64,000 nt of DNA from Nitrospinales bacterium (GCA_046757665.1 JBHHYO010000004.1:14395-78394), one strand, 5' to 3'. Positions 18,915-31,412 are shown, counted from the stretch's first letter. Numbers and translations are program-made. Notes: generated from the sequence alone by a model not told the origin.

Positions 18915-20249
18915 ATGCCGAAACTAATCGACAGCTGGGTCGCAAGCACCGCTCTCATCAGCTTCCTGATCGCTTACATCCTGGTGGTTCTCGAAGAGAA
19001 GCTTCATCTGAGAAAATCGAAACCCGTCGTTCTGATCGGGTGTTTCATGTGGATGCTGATCGGCATTTACGAAGCGGAGCATGGGGTAAGTGGCGCGCAC
19101 GAGTTCTTGAAGCACCTTATTGCGGAAATCGGGGAGCTGTTTTTCTTTCTCCTGGTGGCGATGACCTACATCAACACGATGGACGAACGCAACGTCTTCA
19201 AAGTCTTGCGTTCCTGGTTGCTCGCCAGGGAAATGGGATTTCGCAAGTTGTATTGGACGACCGGAGGGATCACCTTTATATTGTCTCCCCTGGCGGACAA
19301 CCTGACCAGCGCCTTGCTGATGTCCACCGTGGCCTTGGCCGTCAGCAATGGCAACACCAAGTTTATCGTCCCCGCCTTCGTCAATATCGTGGTCGCGGCA
19401 AACGCCGGCGGCGCCTGGAGCCCGTTTGGCGACATCACCACCCTGATGGTCTGGACCTCGGGCAAAGTCCATACCCTGGACTTTGCCTACCTGATTCTCC
19501 CTTCCATCGTCAATTGGGTAACGCCGGCCTTAATCATGTATTTCTTCATCCCCAACGAACACCCCAAACAATCGCAAGAAAGCATCAAATTGAAACCCGG
19601 CGCCAAGGTGATCATTGGCCTGGGCATCCTGACCATCGCCACCGCGGTTTCCTTTCACCAGTTCCTTCATCTGCCGCCGTACCTCGGCATGATGTTCGGC
19701 CTGGGACTTTTGATGTTCAAGGGATACTACTTGAAAAGATGGGGCGGCGAGCCGGAATTTTTGCAATCCATCGGCATCAGGAAAGACCGCAGAAGATACC
19801 GGCGGTTCGACCTTTTCAAAAGAGTGGAAGGCGTCGAGTTCGACACCCTGCTGTTCTTCTTCGGAGTGCTCACCGCCGTCGGCGCGCTTCAATACATCGG
19901 ATACCTCGCCTACGTCAGCAATGCCTTCTACGGAACGCTGGGGCCGACGGCGTCCAACATCCTGGTCGGCGTCCTCTCCGCCATCGTCGACAACATTCCC
20001 GTCATGTACGCCGTGTTGAAAATGGACCCCGCGATGGGTTTGGACCAATGGTTATTGATCACTCTCACCTGCGGCGTGGGGGGCAGTTTGCTGTCGATTG
20101 GTTCCGCGGCGGGCGTTGCCGTTATGGGCGTTGACCGGAACAGTTATACGTTCATGTCCCATATGAAATGGGCTCCCGCCATCGCCGCCGGTTATATCCT
20201 CAGCATCCTGGCATGGTGGGCGGTTTTGAAGGTTGCGGGCTTGCACTGA
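18915..20249 (+). CDS. nhaD: Na+/H+ antiporter NhaD (ArsB/NhaD permease superfamily)
   Basis: 444 aa polytopic protein. Motifs SPLADNLTSALL and AANAGGAWSPFGDITTLMVW are typical of NhaD. Confidence 0.82.
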   Translation: MPKLIDSWVASTALISFLIAYILVVLEEKLHLRKSKPVVLIGCFMWMLIGIYEAEHGVSGAHEFLKHLIAEIGELFFFLLVAMTYINTMDERNVFKVLRSWLLAREMGFRKLYWTTGGITFILSPLADNLTSALLMSTVALAVSNGNTKFIVPAFVNIVVAANAGGAWSPFGDITTLMVWTSGKVHTLDFAYLILPSIVNWVTPALIMYFFIPNEHPKQSQESIKLKPGAKVIIGLGILTIATAVSFHQFLHLPPYLGMMFGLGLLMFKGYYLKRWGGEPEFLQSIGIRKDRRRYRRFDLFKRVEGVEFDTLLFFFGVLTAVGALQYIGYLAYVSNAFYGTLGPTASNILVGVLSAIVDNIPVMYAVLKMDPAMGLDQWLLITLTCGVGGSLLSIGSAAGVAVMGVDRNSYTFMSHMKWAPAIAAGYILSILAWWAVLKVAGLH

Positions 20250-20277
20250 CCCGGCCTGCTTTCGCCACATCGGCGGG

Positions 20278-21081
20278 TCAGGCGCGAGCAAGGGTGAACA
20301 CGAAAACGCGGCGCGCCCCGGATTTTTTCAAAACCCTTGCCGCCTCATTGACCGTCGCCCCCGTGGTGAAAACATCATCGACCAGAAGAATATTCCGGCC
20401 CTTCAATTCTTCCGGCCGCGTTACCCGGAACGCTCCGCGCACGTTTTGCAACCGGTCGCCCTTGCTCATCCCCGCCTGCGGCTCGGTTTTTTTAATCCTC
20501 ACCAACCGGCCGGCATCCAGCGGCAAGTCGGCCGCTTTCGCAACCTCCCGGGCAATCAAATACGATTGGTCGAAACCCCGTTCCTTCATTTTGGCGACAT
20601 GCAGGGGCGCCGGCACCACCAGAAAATCCCGGCAGTTCCCCTTTTCTTCCGCGAAATATGCCTGAAGCAACGGCTCGATCTCCTCAACAATTCCAGGTTG
20701 CCTGCCATATTTGAAAAGCAGGATCAACTGCTTCAAAACCGTTTCATAGAGACCCAGCGAACGCGCCCGGTCGAAATAAGGCGCGTCCTTGCGGCAAACC
20801 GCACACTTGAATTCTTGATGAGGGAAATCGTACCCTATTTCCGCGGGCCGGCCGCAGTGATCGCAGAAGGGGCGGGTAATCCACACCAAATCCTCGCGGC
20901 ACAGACCGCATAAAAACGGGCCGCCGTCCTCGCGCTCGCCTTCGCAATAAACACATTTTTGCGGAAACAAAACATCCAGCAACTTATCCAGAATGTCGCG
21001 CAGAAATGTCTCCCGCCGGCTGTTTGTCCGCATGGCTCCCATTAGCTCAACCGTTTTCCCGGACAAGCGCCCGGAGAACAC
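20278..21081 (-). CDS. comF: ComF-family protein (phosphoribosyltransferase-like)
   Basis: N-terminal Cys pairs (CVYCEGE...CGLC; CDHCGRP...CAVC) and the C-terminal PRT motif ILLVDDVFTTGATV. The track start is a GTG; an ATG at 21042 or 21033 is also possible. Confidence 0.8.
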   Translation of the reverse strand: MFSGRLSGKTVELMGAMRTNSRRETFLRDILDKLLDVLFPQKCVYCEGEREDGGPFLCGLCREDLVWITRPFCDHCGRPAEIGYDFPHQEFKCAVCRKDAPYFDRARSLGLYETVLKQLILLFKYGRQPGIVEEIEPLLQAYFAEEKGNCRDFLVVPAPLHVAKMKERGFDQSYLIAREVAKAADLPLDAGRLVRIKKTEPQAGMSKGDRLQNVRGAFRVTRPEELKGRNILLVDDVFTTGATVNEAARVLKKSGARRVFVFTLARA

Positions 21082-21191
21082 CGGTAGCTTTTCAATATAT
21101 TTTTCGCCTCAAATTATGATAAAGTTTGCGTTCCCCAGACGGGAACGAAATCGAACAACCCTTGCAAATCCAGGTCAACCCGTTTTTCAAC

Positions 21192-22379
21192 ATGAAAACC
21201 AACGAAGACATTATCCGGCTGACCCAAACCCACGTCGCCGCCACTTACGGACGATACCCCATTGCCCTGGTGCGCGGCAAGGGGAGCAAGGTATGGGACG
21301 CATCGGGCAAGGCCTACATCGATTTTGTTTCCGGGCTGGCCACGGACAACCTGGGCCATTGCCATCCCGCCGTCGTCAAGGCCATCCGCGCCCAGGCCGG
21401 ACGGTTACTGCACGTCTCCAACTTATACCATATCGAACCGCAATCGGAACTGGCGGCGGAACTGACTGGGCACTGCTTTGCGGACAAAGTCTTCTTCTGC
21501 AACAGCGGAACGGAAGCCAACGAGGCGGCGATCAAGCTGGTGCGCCGATTCTTTCACGATAAAGGGTTCCGCGGCCCCCATGAAATCATTACCATGAAAA
21601 ACTCTTTTCATGGCCGAACCCTGGGCTCTCTTTCCGCCACCGCGCAGAAAAAGTTTCACGACGGATTCGGGCCGCTGTTGTCGGGATTCAAATACGTTCC
21701 CTTCAATGACATCCACGCCGTGGAAAAAGCCGTTACGCCCAAAACCCGCGCCATCCTGGTCGAACCCATTCAGGGAGAAGGCGGCGTTTATCCGGCGGAC
21801 AAATCGTATCTCAAGGCCCTGAAAAAAATCTGCCGCGCCAACAACCTGTTGCTGATTTTCGATGAAGTGCAAACCGCTTTTGGCCGCACGGGCGCGCTGT
21901 TCGCCTACGAACTCTTCGGCGTCAAGCCGGACATCATCACGCTGGCCAAGGCGCTGGGCGGTGGCGCGGCCATCGGCGCCATGGCCGCTTCCAACCGGGT
22001 GATGAAATCCTTCGTTCCCGGAACCCACGCCGCCACCTTCGGCGGCAATCCCCTGGCGTGCGCCGCCGCCCTGGCCTCACTGCGGGTCATTGCCCGGGAA
22101 GGGTTCCTGCAAAAAAGCCGAAAGACGGGAGACTATTTTCTGTCCCGCCTGCAAAGCCTGCGCGCTCCCGTCATCAGGCAGGTCAGGGGCGTGGGGCTGA
22201 TGCTGGCCGTGGAGTTGAAAAAACCCGGCGCCCCCATCGTGGCGGATTGTATGCGCCAGGGGTTTTTGATAAACTGCATTCAGCAAAATATACTCAGATT
22301 CATACCTCCCCTGGTCATCACTAAAAAGGAAATCGATGGCTTGATCGAAGTGTTGTCCCGTAGCCTTGAAAAACTCTGA
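21192..22379 (+). CDS. argD: Acetylornithine aminotransferase (class-III PLP enzyme)
   Basis: ATG at 21192 gives MKTNEDIIRL...YGRYPIALVRGKGSKVWDASGKAYIDF. Other motifs: FFCNSGTEANEAA, DEVQTAFGRTG, LAKALGGG. Confidence 0.9.
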   Translation: MKTNEDIIRLTQTHVAATYGRYPIALVRGKGSKVWDASGKAYIDFVSGLATDNLGHCHPAVVKAIRAQAGRLLHVSNLYHIEPQSELAAELTGHCFADKVFFCNSGTEANEAAIKLVRRFFHDKGFRGPHEIITMKNSFHGRTLGSLSATAQKKFHDGFGPLLSGFKYVPFNDIHAVEKAVTPKTRAILVEPIQGEGGVYPADKSYLKALKKICRANNLLLIFDEVQTAFGRTGALFAYELFGVKPDIITLAKALGGGAAIGAMAASNRVMKSFVPGTHAATFGGNPLACAAALASLRVIAREGFLQKSRKTGDYFLSRLQSLRAPVIRQVRGVGLMLAVELKKPGAPIVADCMRQGFLINCIQQNILRFIPPLVITKKEIDGLIEVLSRSLEKL

Positions 22380-22430
22380 GGCCGCCCGGCGCCGCGGTTG
22401 TCCATCCGTTCCCTTCCTCGCCAGGGAAGG

Positions 22431-24486
<2,056 letters not shown>

Positions 24487-24499
24487 GGGACGGGCCGGA

Positions 24500-24862
24500 C
24501 TACGCCCTGCCCTCCTCGATAATCCCCTTTATCTTGAACTCATTGATGATGTAGCCGGAGCGTTTCGGAATCCCCGATTGAAACGCCGATTTGAGAAGCA
24601 GAGCCTTTTCCTTGTCCAGCGCGGCATACAACCGGTTGAAAATACCCTCGGCAAAATACAGCGTCAGGTTCAGCGCCGCCTGCCGATACACATACGGATA
24701 ACCGCCGCGTATCGGGTTGCCGCGAATGGGCTGGTATTGCACATGCGCCGACGGCAGAAACGAAGCGATTTCCCGCCAGCCGTTGCCCCGTTCCTTCAAG
24801 TCCCGCGCGACAGACGACAACAATACATGCTCATCCGGAAGCTCGTAGGTATAACTCGGCAT
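24500..24862 (-). CDS. Hypothetical protein (120 aa)
   Basis: The internal ATG at 24862 has GAGGGA upstream and lies 29 nt downstream of the methyltransferase stop. I recognise no motif. The upstream part of the 185-aa track ORF overlaps the methyltransferase and is R/G-rich. Confidence 0.45.
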   Translation of the reverse strand: MPSYTYELPDEHVLLSSVARDLKERGNGWREIASFLPSAHVQYQPIRGNPIRGGYPYVYRQAALNLTLYFAEGIFNRLYAALDKEKALLLKSAFQSGIPKRSGYIINEFKIKGIIEEGRA

Positions 24863-24891
24863 CGATTCCCTCGAAAGGTTGGCATTTACAA

Positions 24892-25731
24892 TTATGAAAC
24901 GTCGGATGCCCCGTTGAATGCCGGCCGCGCGCGCATGGCAAGAAACAAAGGGATTTCCTTGCGCGCCCGGTTTTCCGCCCGCGACCTTTTTCCGGGCTGG
25001 CTGGTCTTGCCGGAGGTCCACTCTTCCAGGACATCCACCCACAACCCGGCGGAACACAGCCCGCTGAAATAACTTTGCAATGGCCGGTGGTGCGTTGTGG
25101 TGAATTTATCCGAAACCGCCATCGGCGGAGTGAGGATGGGAATATCAATTTCCGAGGCGTAATGGTCAACCCGGCGGAAGCGGATTTTTTTCTCCTCGTC
25201 CCAGCCCCAATGGGTCTGCCTCGGAATGCGGAAGCAGGGATGCGTCATGACCATCACAAACCGTCCACCGGGTTTCAGCCATCGCGCCACGTTGGCAAGC
25301 ACCGGCGCAAGATTTTTCATATTCTGCACGGCCAGGAGACAGGCCACGGCGTCGAAGGTTTTCCCTTTCAAAACCCCGCCGCCGCCCGCGTCGCCGACAT
25401 GAAACGGAATTTTTTTCCGGGACCGCGAGGCCGCCAATCGAACCATCTCCCGGGAAACGTCCAAACCCTCGACCCGGACGATTCCCCGGTCGAACAGATA
25501 ACGCGAAAACACGCCCTGCCCGCAGGCCAGGTCCAACACCCGGTGCGTTTTCTTCACGTCCAGCAAACGAAGCGCGCCGGGCAATATGATCTCTTTCTGG
25601 TAATCGCTACCCCGGTCTCCCACCAGCGAGTCGTACCAGGCCGCGGACTGGTCCCACAGGGACAACGGCGCCGCCTGTTTGCGCCCAACGGTTTTTTTTC
25701 GACGCGGAGTTGTTTTCGATGTTGTTTTCAA
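24892..25731 (-). CDS. Class I SAM-dependent methyltransferase
   Basis: SAM motif I VLDLACGQG, followed by LKPGGRFVMV. The track start is a TTG without a clear SD, so the start is uncertain. Confidence 0.75.
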   Translation of the reverse strand: MKTTSKTTPRRKKTVGRKQAAPLSLWDQSAAWYDSLVGDRGSDYQKEIILPGALRLLDVKKTHRVLDLACGQGVFSRYLFDRGIVRVEGLDVSREMVRLAASRSRKKIPFHVGDAGGGGVLKGKTFDAVACLLAVQNMKNLAPVLANVARWLKPGGRFVMVMTHPCFRIPRQTHWGWDEEKKIRFRRVDHYASEIDIPILTPPMAVSDKFTTTHHRPLQSYFSGLCSAGLWVDVLEEWTSGKTSQPGKRSRAENRARKEIPLFLAMRARPAFNGASDVS

Positions 25732-25838
25732 AAGCCGTCAAACCGGGAGGGAAGGTTGTCTCCACGGCAAAATCATTTATAATCTATTCGGCGTTTTTCC
25801 CAAGCCGCCCCATCAATCTTATCACACGAGGCCAAGCG

Positions 25839-26315
25839 ATGAAATGTTCCCCCAGCCCCGCCGGTTTTGCCAAGGGGCTTCTGCTCTTGATTCCATTGCT
25901 GGGACTGTTTGCCTGCGCGTCCCAGAGCGGCCCCGCCAAATCGCATAAAATCCTGCAAAAAACCATCCGCGAGTACAACGACGCTTTTAAAGCCAAACGC
26001 CCGGCGGCGGCCGAGCCCTTCGTCCAGCGGGACATCCGGGAACTGTTCAAGGAAAAATACAGCGAGATCAAAAAACGGGTGACGTTCGATGAAATGGAAC
26101 CTATGAAGATCGAATATTTCAAGGACGGAGTTGCCGTCAAGCAATCCGACCCCGGCCCGGAGGAAGACTTCAACGAAGCCGTATTGACCGTTCGGTACAG
26201 CGTCGTCATCTCGCCAAGCAACCGCGTCAAAACCATAACCGTGCGGCAAAAGTGGACCAGGGAAAACGACGGCCGGTGGGTCGTCGTTCCCAACCTGGAA
26301 CCCTTTTCCAGATAG
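25839..26315 (+). CDS. Lipoprotein, hypothetical (about 158 aa)
   Basis: ATG at 25839 gives MKCSPSPAGFAKGLLLLIPLLGLFAC, with lipobox L-F-A-C. The mature part has an alpha+beta composition; the NTF2-like guess is unverified. Confidence 0.6.
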   Translation: MKCSPSPAGFAKGLLLLIPLLGLFACASQSGPAKSHKILQKTIREYNDAFKAKRPAAAEPFVQRDIRELFKEKYSEIKKRVTFDEMEPMKIEYFKDGVAVKQSDPGPEEDFNEAVLTVRYSVVISPSNRVKTITVRQKWTRENDGRWVVVPNLEPFSR

Positions 26316-26328
26316 CGGCACAGCCTGC

Positions 26329-27018
26329 TCACACGACCACTTCAACCGGTCGATTCAGGGACACCGTGGAGGCCGTCACCCGGCAGTTGTAGCCGTAAAG
26401 CTCGACCCCGGCGGACCGGGCGTCGCGCAGGCAATCGCCGAATTTCGGATCGATGGCGTCGTTGCCGGTAATGATTTTTGTGTCGGAACGCTGGGAGACG
26501 AAAAGAACCACGGCGCGGGTTCCCTGCTTTCGCAGTGCCGTCAATTCCAGGACATGCCGACGGCCGCGCTCGGTCGGCGCGTCGGGGAATTTGCCCACGC
26601 CATCCTCTACCAGGCTCACCGATTTCACTTCAACGTAGGCTATACCTTTCGGGTAGCGCAACAGAAAGTCGAACCGGCTGTTTCCTTCCTTAACTTCTCT
26701 TTGGTAACTTTCGTAACCTGACAGGCAGGCAATGTTGTTTTCTTCCAAGCCCCCCTCAACGAGACGGTTGGCAAACACCGGGAACACGCTCACCCAGATG
26801 GAGCCGTGGCGCACGAGGACCAGGGTATAGTCGGTTTTTCGTTTGGGGTTCGGCTGATAAACCAACCGCACCCGGCGGCCGGGTATCAGCAATCCCGGCA
26901 GTCTGCCGGGGTCGGGCACGTGAGCGAAAACGGTTTCCCCGGCTACCCGCGCCCGGGCGAGGTAACGGTTGGGACGCTCCAGAAATTCGCCATCCACCAG
27001 GCGGCCGCCGAGTCTCAC
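26329..27018 (-). CDS. sfsA: SfsA-family DNA/RNA nuclease-like protein (sugar fermentation stimulation protein)
   Basis: GTG start, 229 aa. The N-terminus GEFLERPNRYLARARV and the overall size match SfsA. Confidence 0.75.
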   Translation of the reverse strand: MRLGGRLVDGEFLERPNRYLARARVAGETVFAHVPDPGRLPGLLIPGRRVRLVYQPNPKRKTDYTLVLVRHGSIWVSVFPVFANRLVEGGLEENNIACLSGYESYQREVKEGNSRFDFLLRYPKGIAYVEVKSVSLVEDGVGKFPDAPTERGRRHVLELTALRKQGTRAVVLFVSQRSDTKIITGNDAIDPKFGDCLRDARSAGVELYGYNCRVTASTVSLNRPVEVVV

Positions 27019-27110
27019 CGGCGCGGCGCCGGGCGGGTAAAGAGATGCTTCGACAAGCTCAGCATGACATCCAGGAGAAATCTCATTAGGCCGATTTTTT
27101 CAGCAACCCG

Positions 27111-28628
27111 TTAATGATGTTCCCCGCCCGTTTCGCTGTCGGCTTTCACGGTCTTCTCCACGGTCAACACATGCTCCGCGGCGGGCGAGACCCGGTCGAT
27201 GAACAGTTTCGGAAACAACCCGATAAAAACGATCAGAAAACACGCGGGCAGAAGCATCCGCATTTCATCGCGGTCAATGTCCTTCAGCCCCTGCGGAAGT
27301 TTATCGTTTTTCTCCTGCGTGACGCCCTGGAAGAAGTAAAGCATGTAAATGGAAGCGAAAACGATCGCCAGCCCTCCCATCAACACGTAAATGACGGCAT
27401 AATCGGCGACGGTCTTCGAGGTCCACACCCCCATCAGGATCAGAAACTCGCCGACAAACCCGTTCAGCCCCGGCAGGCCCAGCGCCGCCAGGGTGACGAG
27501 CATGAAGATGCCGTAAAGCAGTGGCATGACATCCCTCAACCCGCGAAAATCTTCCAGGTTGCGGGTTCCCATTTTCTCCTCAAGAATGCCGACGATGAGA
27601 AACAGGGCGGCGGCGATGATTCCATGATTGACCATCTGCAAAACGCTACCCTCGATTCCCTGTCCGTTTAAGGCGAAAATCCCCAGAGCGATAAAACCCA
27701 GATGGCTGATGCTGGAGTAGGCGACGAGGGATTTGATATCCTTCTGTGCGATGGCGATCCAGGCTCCGTAAACGATGCCGATGGCCGCCGCGCCGGCTAT
27801 GATCGGCCCAAGCGCCGCCACCGCATCCGGAAAAAGCGGCAGGCAAAACCGGATGAAACCGTAAGCCCCCGTCTTCGACATGACGCCCGTCAACAGCACC
27901 AGCGTTGGAATGGGGCAAGCCATGTAAGTGTGGGGCAACCAACTGTGCAGGGGGAAAATCGGCACCTTGACGGCAAAGGCCATGAAAAACAAAAAAAACA
28001 TCCAAAGTTGCGTATTGACCGGTATTTGCGTGTGCGCCAGCTCGCGAATATCAAACGACAACTCATGCGTAATATTGTAATGAGCCACGCTCACCGCAAC
28101 GATCGCCACCAGCATCAACAAACTGCCGACCAGCGTGTACAAAACAAATTTCGTGGTGGCGTAAATCTTTTGCCCCTCGCCCCACAAGCCAATCAGAAAA
28201 TACGTCGGGATGAGCATCACTTCCCAGAACACATAAAACAGAACCGTATCCAGGGCGAGAAAAACGCCCAGGGTACCGGTTTCGAGAACCAGCATCAGGG
28301 CGATGAAGTTCCTGATATTCTTCGTCCGGCCAAAAGAATATACGATCGCAACCAGGGAAAGCAGTGTGGTCAAAACAACCAGCAGTACACTGATGCCGTC
28401 AACCCCCAGGGTGTAATGAATGTTCAACAGGGAAACCCAGGAGTAGCTTTCGACAAACTGCATTCCCGGGTCGGCGGCGTCAAACGCAACCAGCAGGCCC
28501 AGGGACAGAACCAGGCTCAACAACGCCGCCCCAATGGCGAATCCGCGGACTCCCGCTTCATTGTCCGGGGCCAGCCTCAAAACGCAGACCGCGGCTACCA
28601 ATGGAATGAAAACGATCAGGCTCAGCAT
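27111..28628 (-). CDS. nuoM: NADH-quinone oxidoreductase subunit M
   Basis: The ATG at 28628 has GAGGAA 7 nt upstream; the track ORF starts at 28673. It is a polytopic antiporter-like subunit in the expected position after nuoL. Confidence 0.92.
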   Translation of the reverse strand: MLSLIVFIPLVAAVCVLRLAPDNEAGVRGFAIGAALLSLVLSLGLLVAFDAADPGMQFVESYSWVSLLNIHYTLGVDGISVLLVVLTTLLSLVAIVYSFGRTKNIRNFIALMLVLETGTLGVFLALDTVLFYVFWEVMLIPTYFLIGLWGEGQKIYATTKFVLYTLVGSLLMLVAIVAVSVAHYNITHELSFDIRELAHTQIPVNTQLWMFFLFFMAFAVKVPIFPLHSWLPHTYMACPIPTLVLLTGVMSKTGAYGFIRFCLPLFPDAVAALGPIIAGAAAIGIVYGAWIAIAQKDIKSLVAYSSISHLGFIALGIFALNGQGIEGSVLQMVNHGIIAAALFLIVGILEEKMGTRNLEDFRGLRDVMPLLYGIFMLVTLAALGLPGLNGFVGEFLILMGVWTSKTVADYAVIYVLMGGLAIVFASIYMLYFFQGVTQEKNDKLPQGLKDIDRDEMRMLLPACFLIVFIGLFPKLFIDRVSPAAEHVLTVEKTVKADSETGGEHH

Positions 28629-28656
28629 TAAAGTTTCCTCATGCGGCTCGCCGCCG

Positions 28657-30528
28657 TCACATGAACACCACAAACAACAAAATGAACACCACGCCCACGA
28701 TCATGTTGAGGGCATAGGTTCTCACTTTTCCGGACTGCCAAAGGCTCAGCCCGTGGCTGGCCTCGCGAACCCGCGCGCCGACGCCATCCACTACGTAATC
28801 AATTCCGTCCTTCTCCATTTTCTGCCAGATAAAAGCGGCCGTAGCGCGTGTTGGCCGGACGATCAAGGCGTCGTACAATTCATCGACATAATATTTGCGG
28901 TAGAGCAGATCGTAAATGGGCGCGAAAAGTTCCATGGCAAACGCCAGCCGGTCTTTCCCCGTAATGTACAAAGCGCCCGCCGTTACAATGCCGCCGATCC
29001 CCGCAATGATGCCGATACTTTCCAAAAAATGATCTTCCGGAATGGGGGCAGTCTCTCCGCCGAAAACCGGGGCGAGAAACGCATCCACAAGCGGCGCCGC
29101 AAAACCCGCGAACAAAGCGAAAAACGCCAGCACCACCAGTACGCCGGCCATCACCCAGGGAGCCTCGTGCGGATGAGCGCCCGGAGTTCGCAAGTCGCCG
29201 AGAAACGTCCGGAAGAACAGCCGGAACGAATAAAACCCCGTCATTCCCACCGTAAAAACGGCAATCGCCCAAAAAACGATGTTGCTGTTTCCCGAATACC
29301 ACGAGTGAGCCACGATCGCTTCCTTACTGAAAAATCCGCTGGTCAACGGGAAGCCGGACAACGCCAGCGCGCCGATCAAAAACGTATAAAAGGTCAAGGG
29401 CATGGCAAGACGCAGGCCGCCCATATTGCGGATGTCCTGCTCGTCATTGAGGGCATGGATGACGCTCCCGGCTCCCAAAAACAGCAGGGCCTTGAAAAAG
29501 GCGTGCGTCATCAGATGAAACATGCCGAGACCATACACTCCAATGCCCACCGCCATGAACATGTAACCCAACTGGCTCATGGTGGAATAGGCGATGATTC
29601 GCTTGATGTCGTTTTGCACCATGGCCATGGAGCCGGCAAACACCGCCGTCAGGATTCCCAGCGTAGCCACAAGAATCATCGTGTAAGGCGCCAGGTCATA
29701 CAAGACGTGGCAACGCGCCACCAGGTACACTCCGGCGGTGACCATGGTCGCCGCGTGGATCAGCGCACTGACCGGCGTCGGCCCTTCCATGGCGTCCGGT
29801 AGCCAGGTATGCAGGGGAATCTGCGCCGATTTGGCGAGCGCCCCCACCAGCAGTAACAAGGTGATCAGCAATAGGGTATCGTCGTTGGCCAGAAACTTGC
29901 CCGGCGCCGCGGCGAACACCTCCACGTAATTCAGCGTTCCAAACGCCTCGAAAATCACGAACGCGGCGATCACCATGCCGACGTCGCCGATCACGTTCAT
30001 GACAAAGGCCTTGCGCGCCGCGAGAACCGCGCTGGTGCGCTCCGACCAAAACCCGATCAACAGATACGACGCCAGCCCCACCAGCGCCCAGCCGACGATC
30101 AGGAAAAAGAAATCCGCCGCCATCACCAGCAAAGCCATGGCAAAGATAAACAGGTTCATGTAGGCGAAAAACGTGGGCAGGCGAGGATCCTTTTCCATGT
30201 AACCGATGGAATAGACGTGGATCAAAAAGCCGACGCCGGTGACCACCATGAGCATGAAAACGGAGAGAGGGTCGATCAGGATCGCCACGTCCAGCTTGAA
30301 ATTTCCGGAAACGATCCACGGATAGAGGCTGTGCACGTGCCCCACCCTTTGGCCGGGGTCCAGAAGCAGGAGGTCGCCAAGGGCGGCCAGGGTCACCAGG
30401 AAGGACAAGCCCACCGTGGCGCACCCCGCCGGGCCGACCAGGCGGCGCGGGATTCGCTCCCCATACCAGCTCAGGCCGACAAACCCCAGCATGGGAGACA
30501 GCAGTATAAGCCAGGCGTAACCGAACAA
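28657..30528 (-). CDS. nuoL: NADH-quinone oxidoreductase subunit L
   Basis: 623 aa antiporter-like subunit. TTG start with AAGGA upstream. Placed by operon order. Confidence 0.92.
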   Translation of the reverse strand: MFGYAWLILLSPMLGFVGLSWYGERIPRRLVGPAGCATVGLSFLVTLAALGDLLLLDPGQRVGHVHSLYPWIVSGNFKLDVAILIDPLSVFMLMVVTGVGFLIHVYSIGYMEKDPRLPTFFAYMNLFIFAMALLVMAADFFFLIVGWALVGLASYLLIGFWSERTSAVLAARKAFVMNVIGDVGMVIAAFVIFEAFGTLNYVEVFAAAPGKFLANDDTLLLITLLLLVGALAKSAQIPLHTWLPDAMEGPTPVSALIHAATMVTAGVYLVARCHVLYDLAPYTMILVATLGILTAVFAGSMAMVQNDIKRIIAYSTMSQLGYMFMAVGIGVYGLGMFHLMTHAFFKALLFLGAGSVIHALNDEQDIRNMGGLRLAMPLTFYTFLIGALALSGFPLTSGFFSKEAIVAHSWYSGNSNIVFWAIAVFTVGMTGFYSFRLFFRTFLGDLRTPGAHPHEAPWVMAGVLVVLAFFALFAGFAAPLVDAFLAPVFGGETAPIPEDHFLESIGIIAGIGGIVTAGALYITGKDRLAFAMELFAPIYDLLYRKYYVDELYDALIVRPTRATAAFIWQKMEKDGIDYVVDGVGARVREASHGLSLWQSGKVRTYALNMIVGVVFILLFVVFM

Positions 30529-30532
30529 GCGT

Positions 30533-30832
30533 TTATCCTTTCAAGGTGTCGATATGATCCACGTTGAGATCGTGCCGCGTCCGAAAGATGGTCAGGAGAA
30601 TCGCCAGCCCCACCACCACTTCCGCCGCCGCGACCGCCATGACGATCAAGGCGAAAATTTGCCCGTCAAGGGATTTCAGAAAACTCGAATAGCCGACCAG
30701 AAGAAAGTTCACCGCGTTCAACATCAATTCCAGCGACATGAACATCACCAGCGGGTTCTTGCGGATGATAAAACCGACGGCGCCGATGCAGAAAATCGCC
30801 GCGCTGATTATCAAAACAAATTCATTGCCCAT
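30533..30832 (-). CDS. nuoK: NADH-quinone oxidoreductase subunit K
   Basis: 99 aa with 3 TM helices. Placed by operon position. Confidence 0.9.
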   Translation of the reverse strand: MGNEFVLIISAAIFCIGAVGFIIRKNPLVMFMSLELMLNAVNFLLVGYSSFLKSLDGQIFALIVMAVAAAEVVVGLAILLTIFRTRHDLNVDHIDTLKG

Positions 30833-30872
30833 GACAAAATATCAGTGATTAAAAAAATGATTAAAACCTCAC

Positions 30873-31412
30873 CTATTCCCGCCGCCGTATTGGACGAAAA
30901 TGGAATTTGGCCAGGCAAACGATACCTATCGTGGCGACCAGCAACAAGACGGAGGCCAGTTCAAAGGGAATCAGGTGGCGCGAAAACAGCTCCAGCCCCA
31001 CGGCCTTGGCGTTGCCGATAACGGCGACGTTGATGGCGTCGAACATGCCTTCGACGGGCTGGGTTTTCCCCACCGTGGCGGCCATCAGCAGTTCGCCGAA
31101 CAACAGGAAGATAAACGCAAACGCCGTTGACCGTTGCAACGACGGCTCGCGGACTTCCTCCTTGCCGCCCAACAGCGCAATGATGAAAATAAAAAGAATC
31201 ATGACCGCCCCGGCGTAAACGATCATCTGCACCGCCGCGATGAATTCCGCGTGGTACAGCAGGTACAGCACGGCCAGGCAGATCATGTTGCCGATCAGGT
31301 ACAGGGCGCTGTAAATCGGCGAGGCGCACAACACCACGCCAAAGCCGGCCAGCACCGCCGTCAGCCCTACAACGAACGTCAGGGTCTGGTAGGTAATTTC
31401 CTCAATGACCAC
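30873..31412 (-). CDS. nuoJ: NADH-quinone oxidoreductase subunit J
   Basis: 179 aa hydrophobic protein with a GTG start. Placed by operon position. Confidence 0.88.
   Translation of the reverse strand: MVIEEITYQTLTFVVGLTAVLAGFGVVLCASPIYSALYLIGNMICLAVLYLLYHAEFIAAVQMIVYAGAVMILFIFIIALLGGKEEVREPSLQRSTAFAFIFLLFGELLMAATVGKTQPVEGMFDAINVAVIGNAKAVGLELFSRHLIPFELASVLLLVATIGIVCLAKFHFRPIRRRE

Noticed and set aside
18691-18945. An 84-aa minus-strand ORF upstream of ispA, considered as a possible xseB.
   Set aside because: The sequence (MRPSCRLVSAWFHPEKLQG...) does not look like XseB, which is a small helical, E/L/K-rich protein. It also overlaps the nhaD start and promoter region.
18842-20134. A 430-aa ORF on the same strand as nhaD but in another frame.
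   Set aside because: The product is Arg/His/Pro-rich and non-membrane, whereas the 18915-20249 frame gives a coherent NhaD transporter. This is not evidence of a frameshift.
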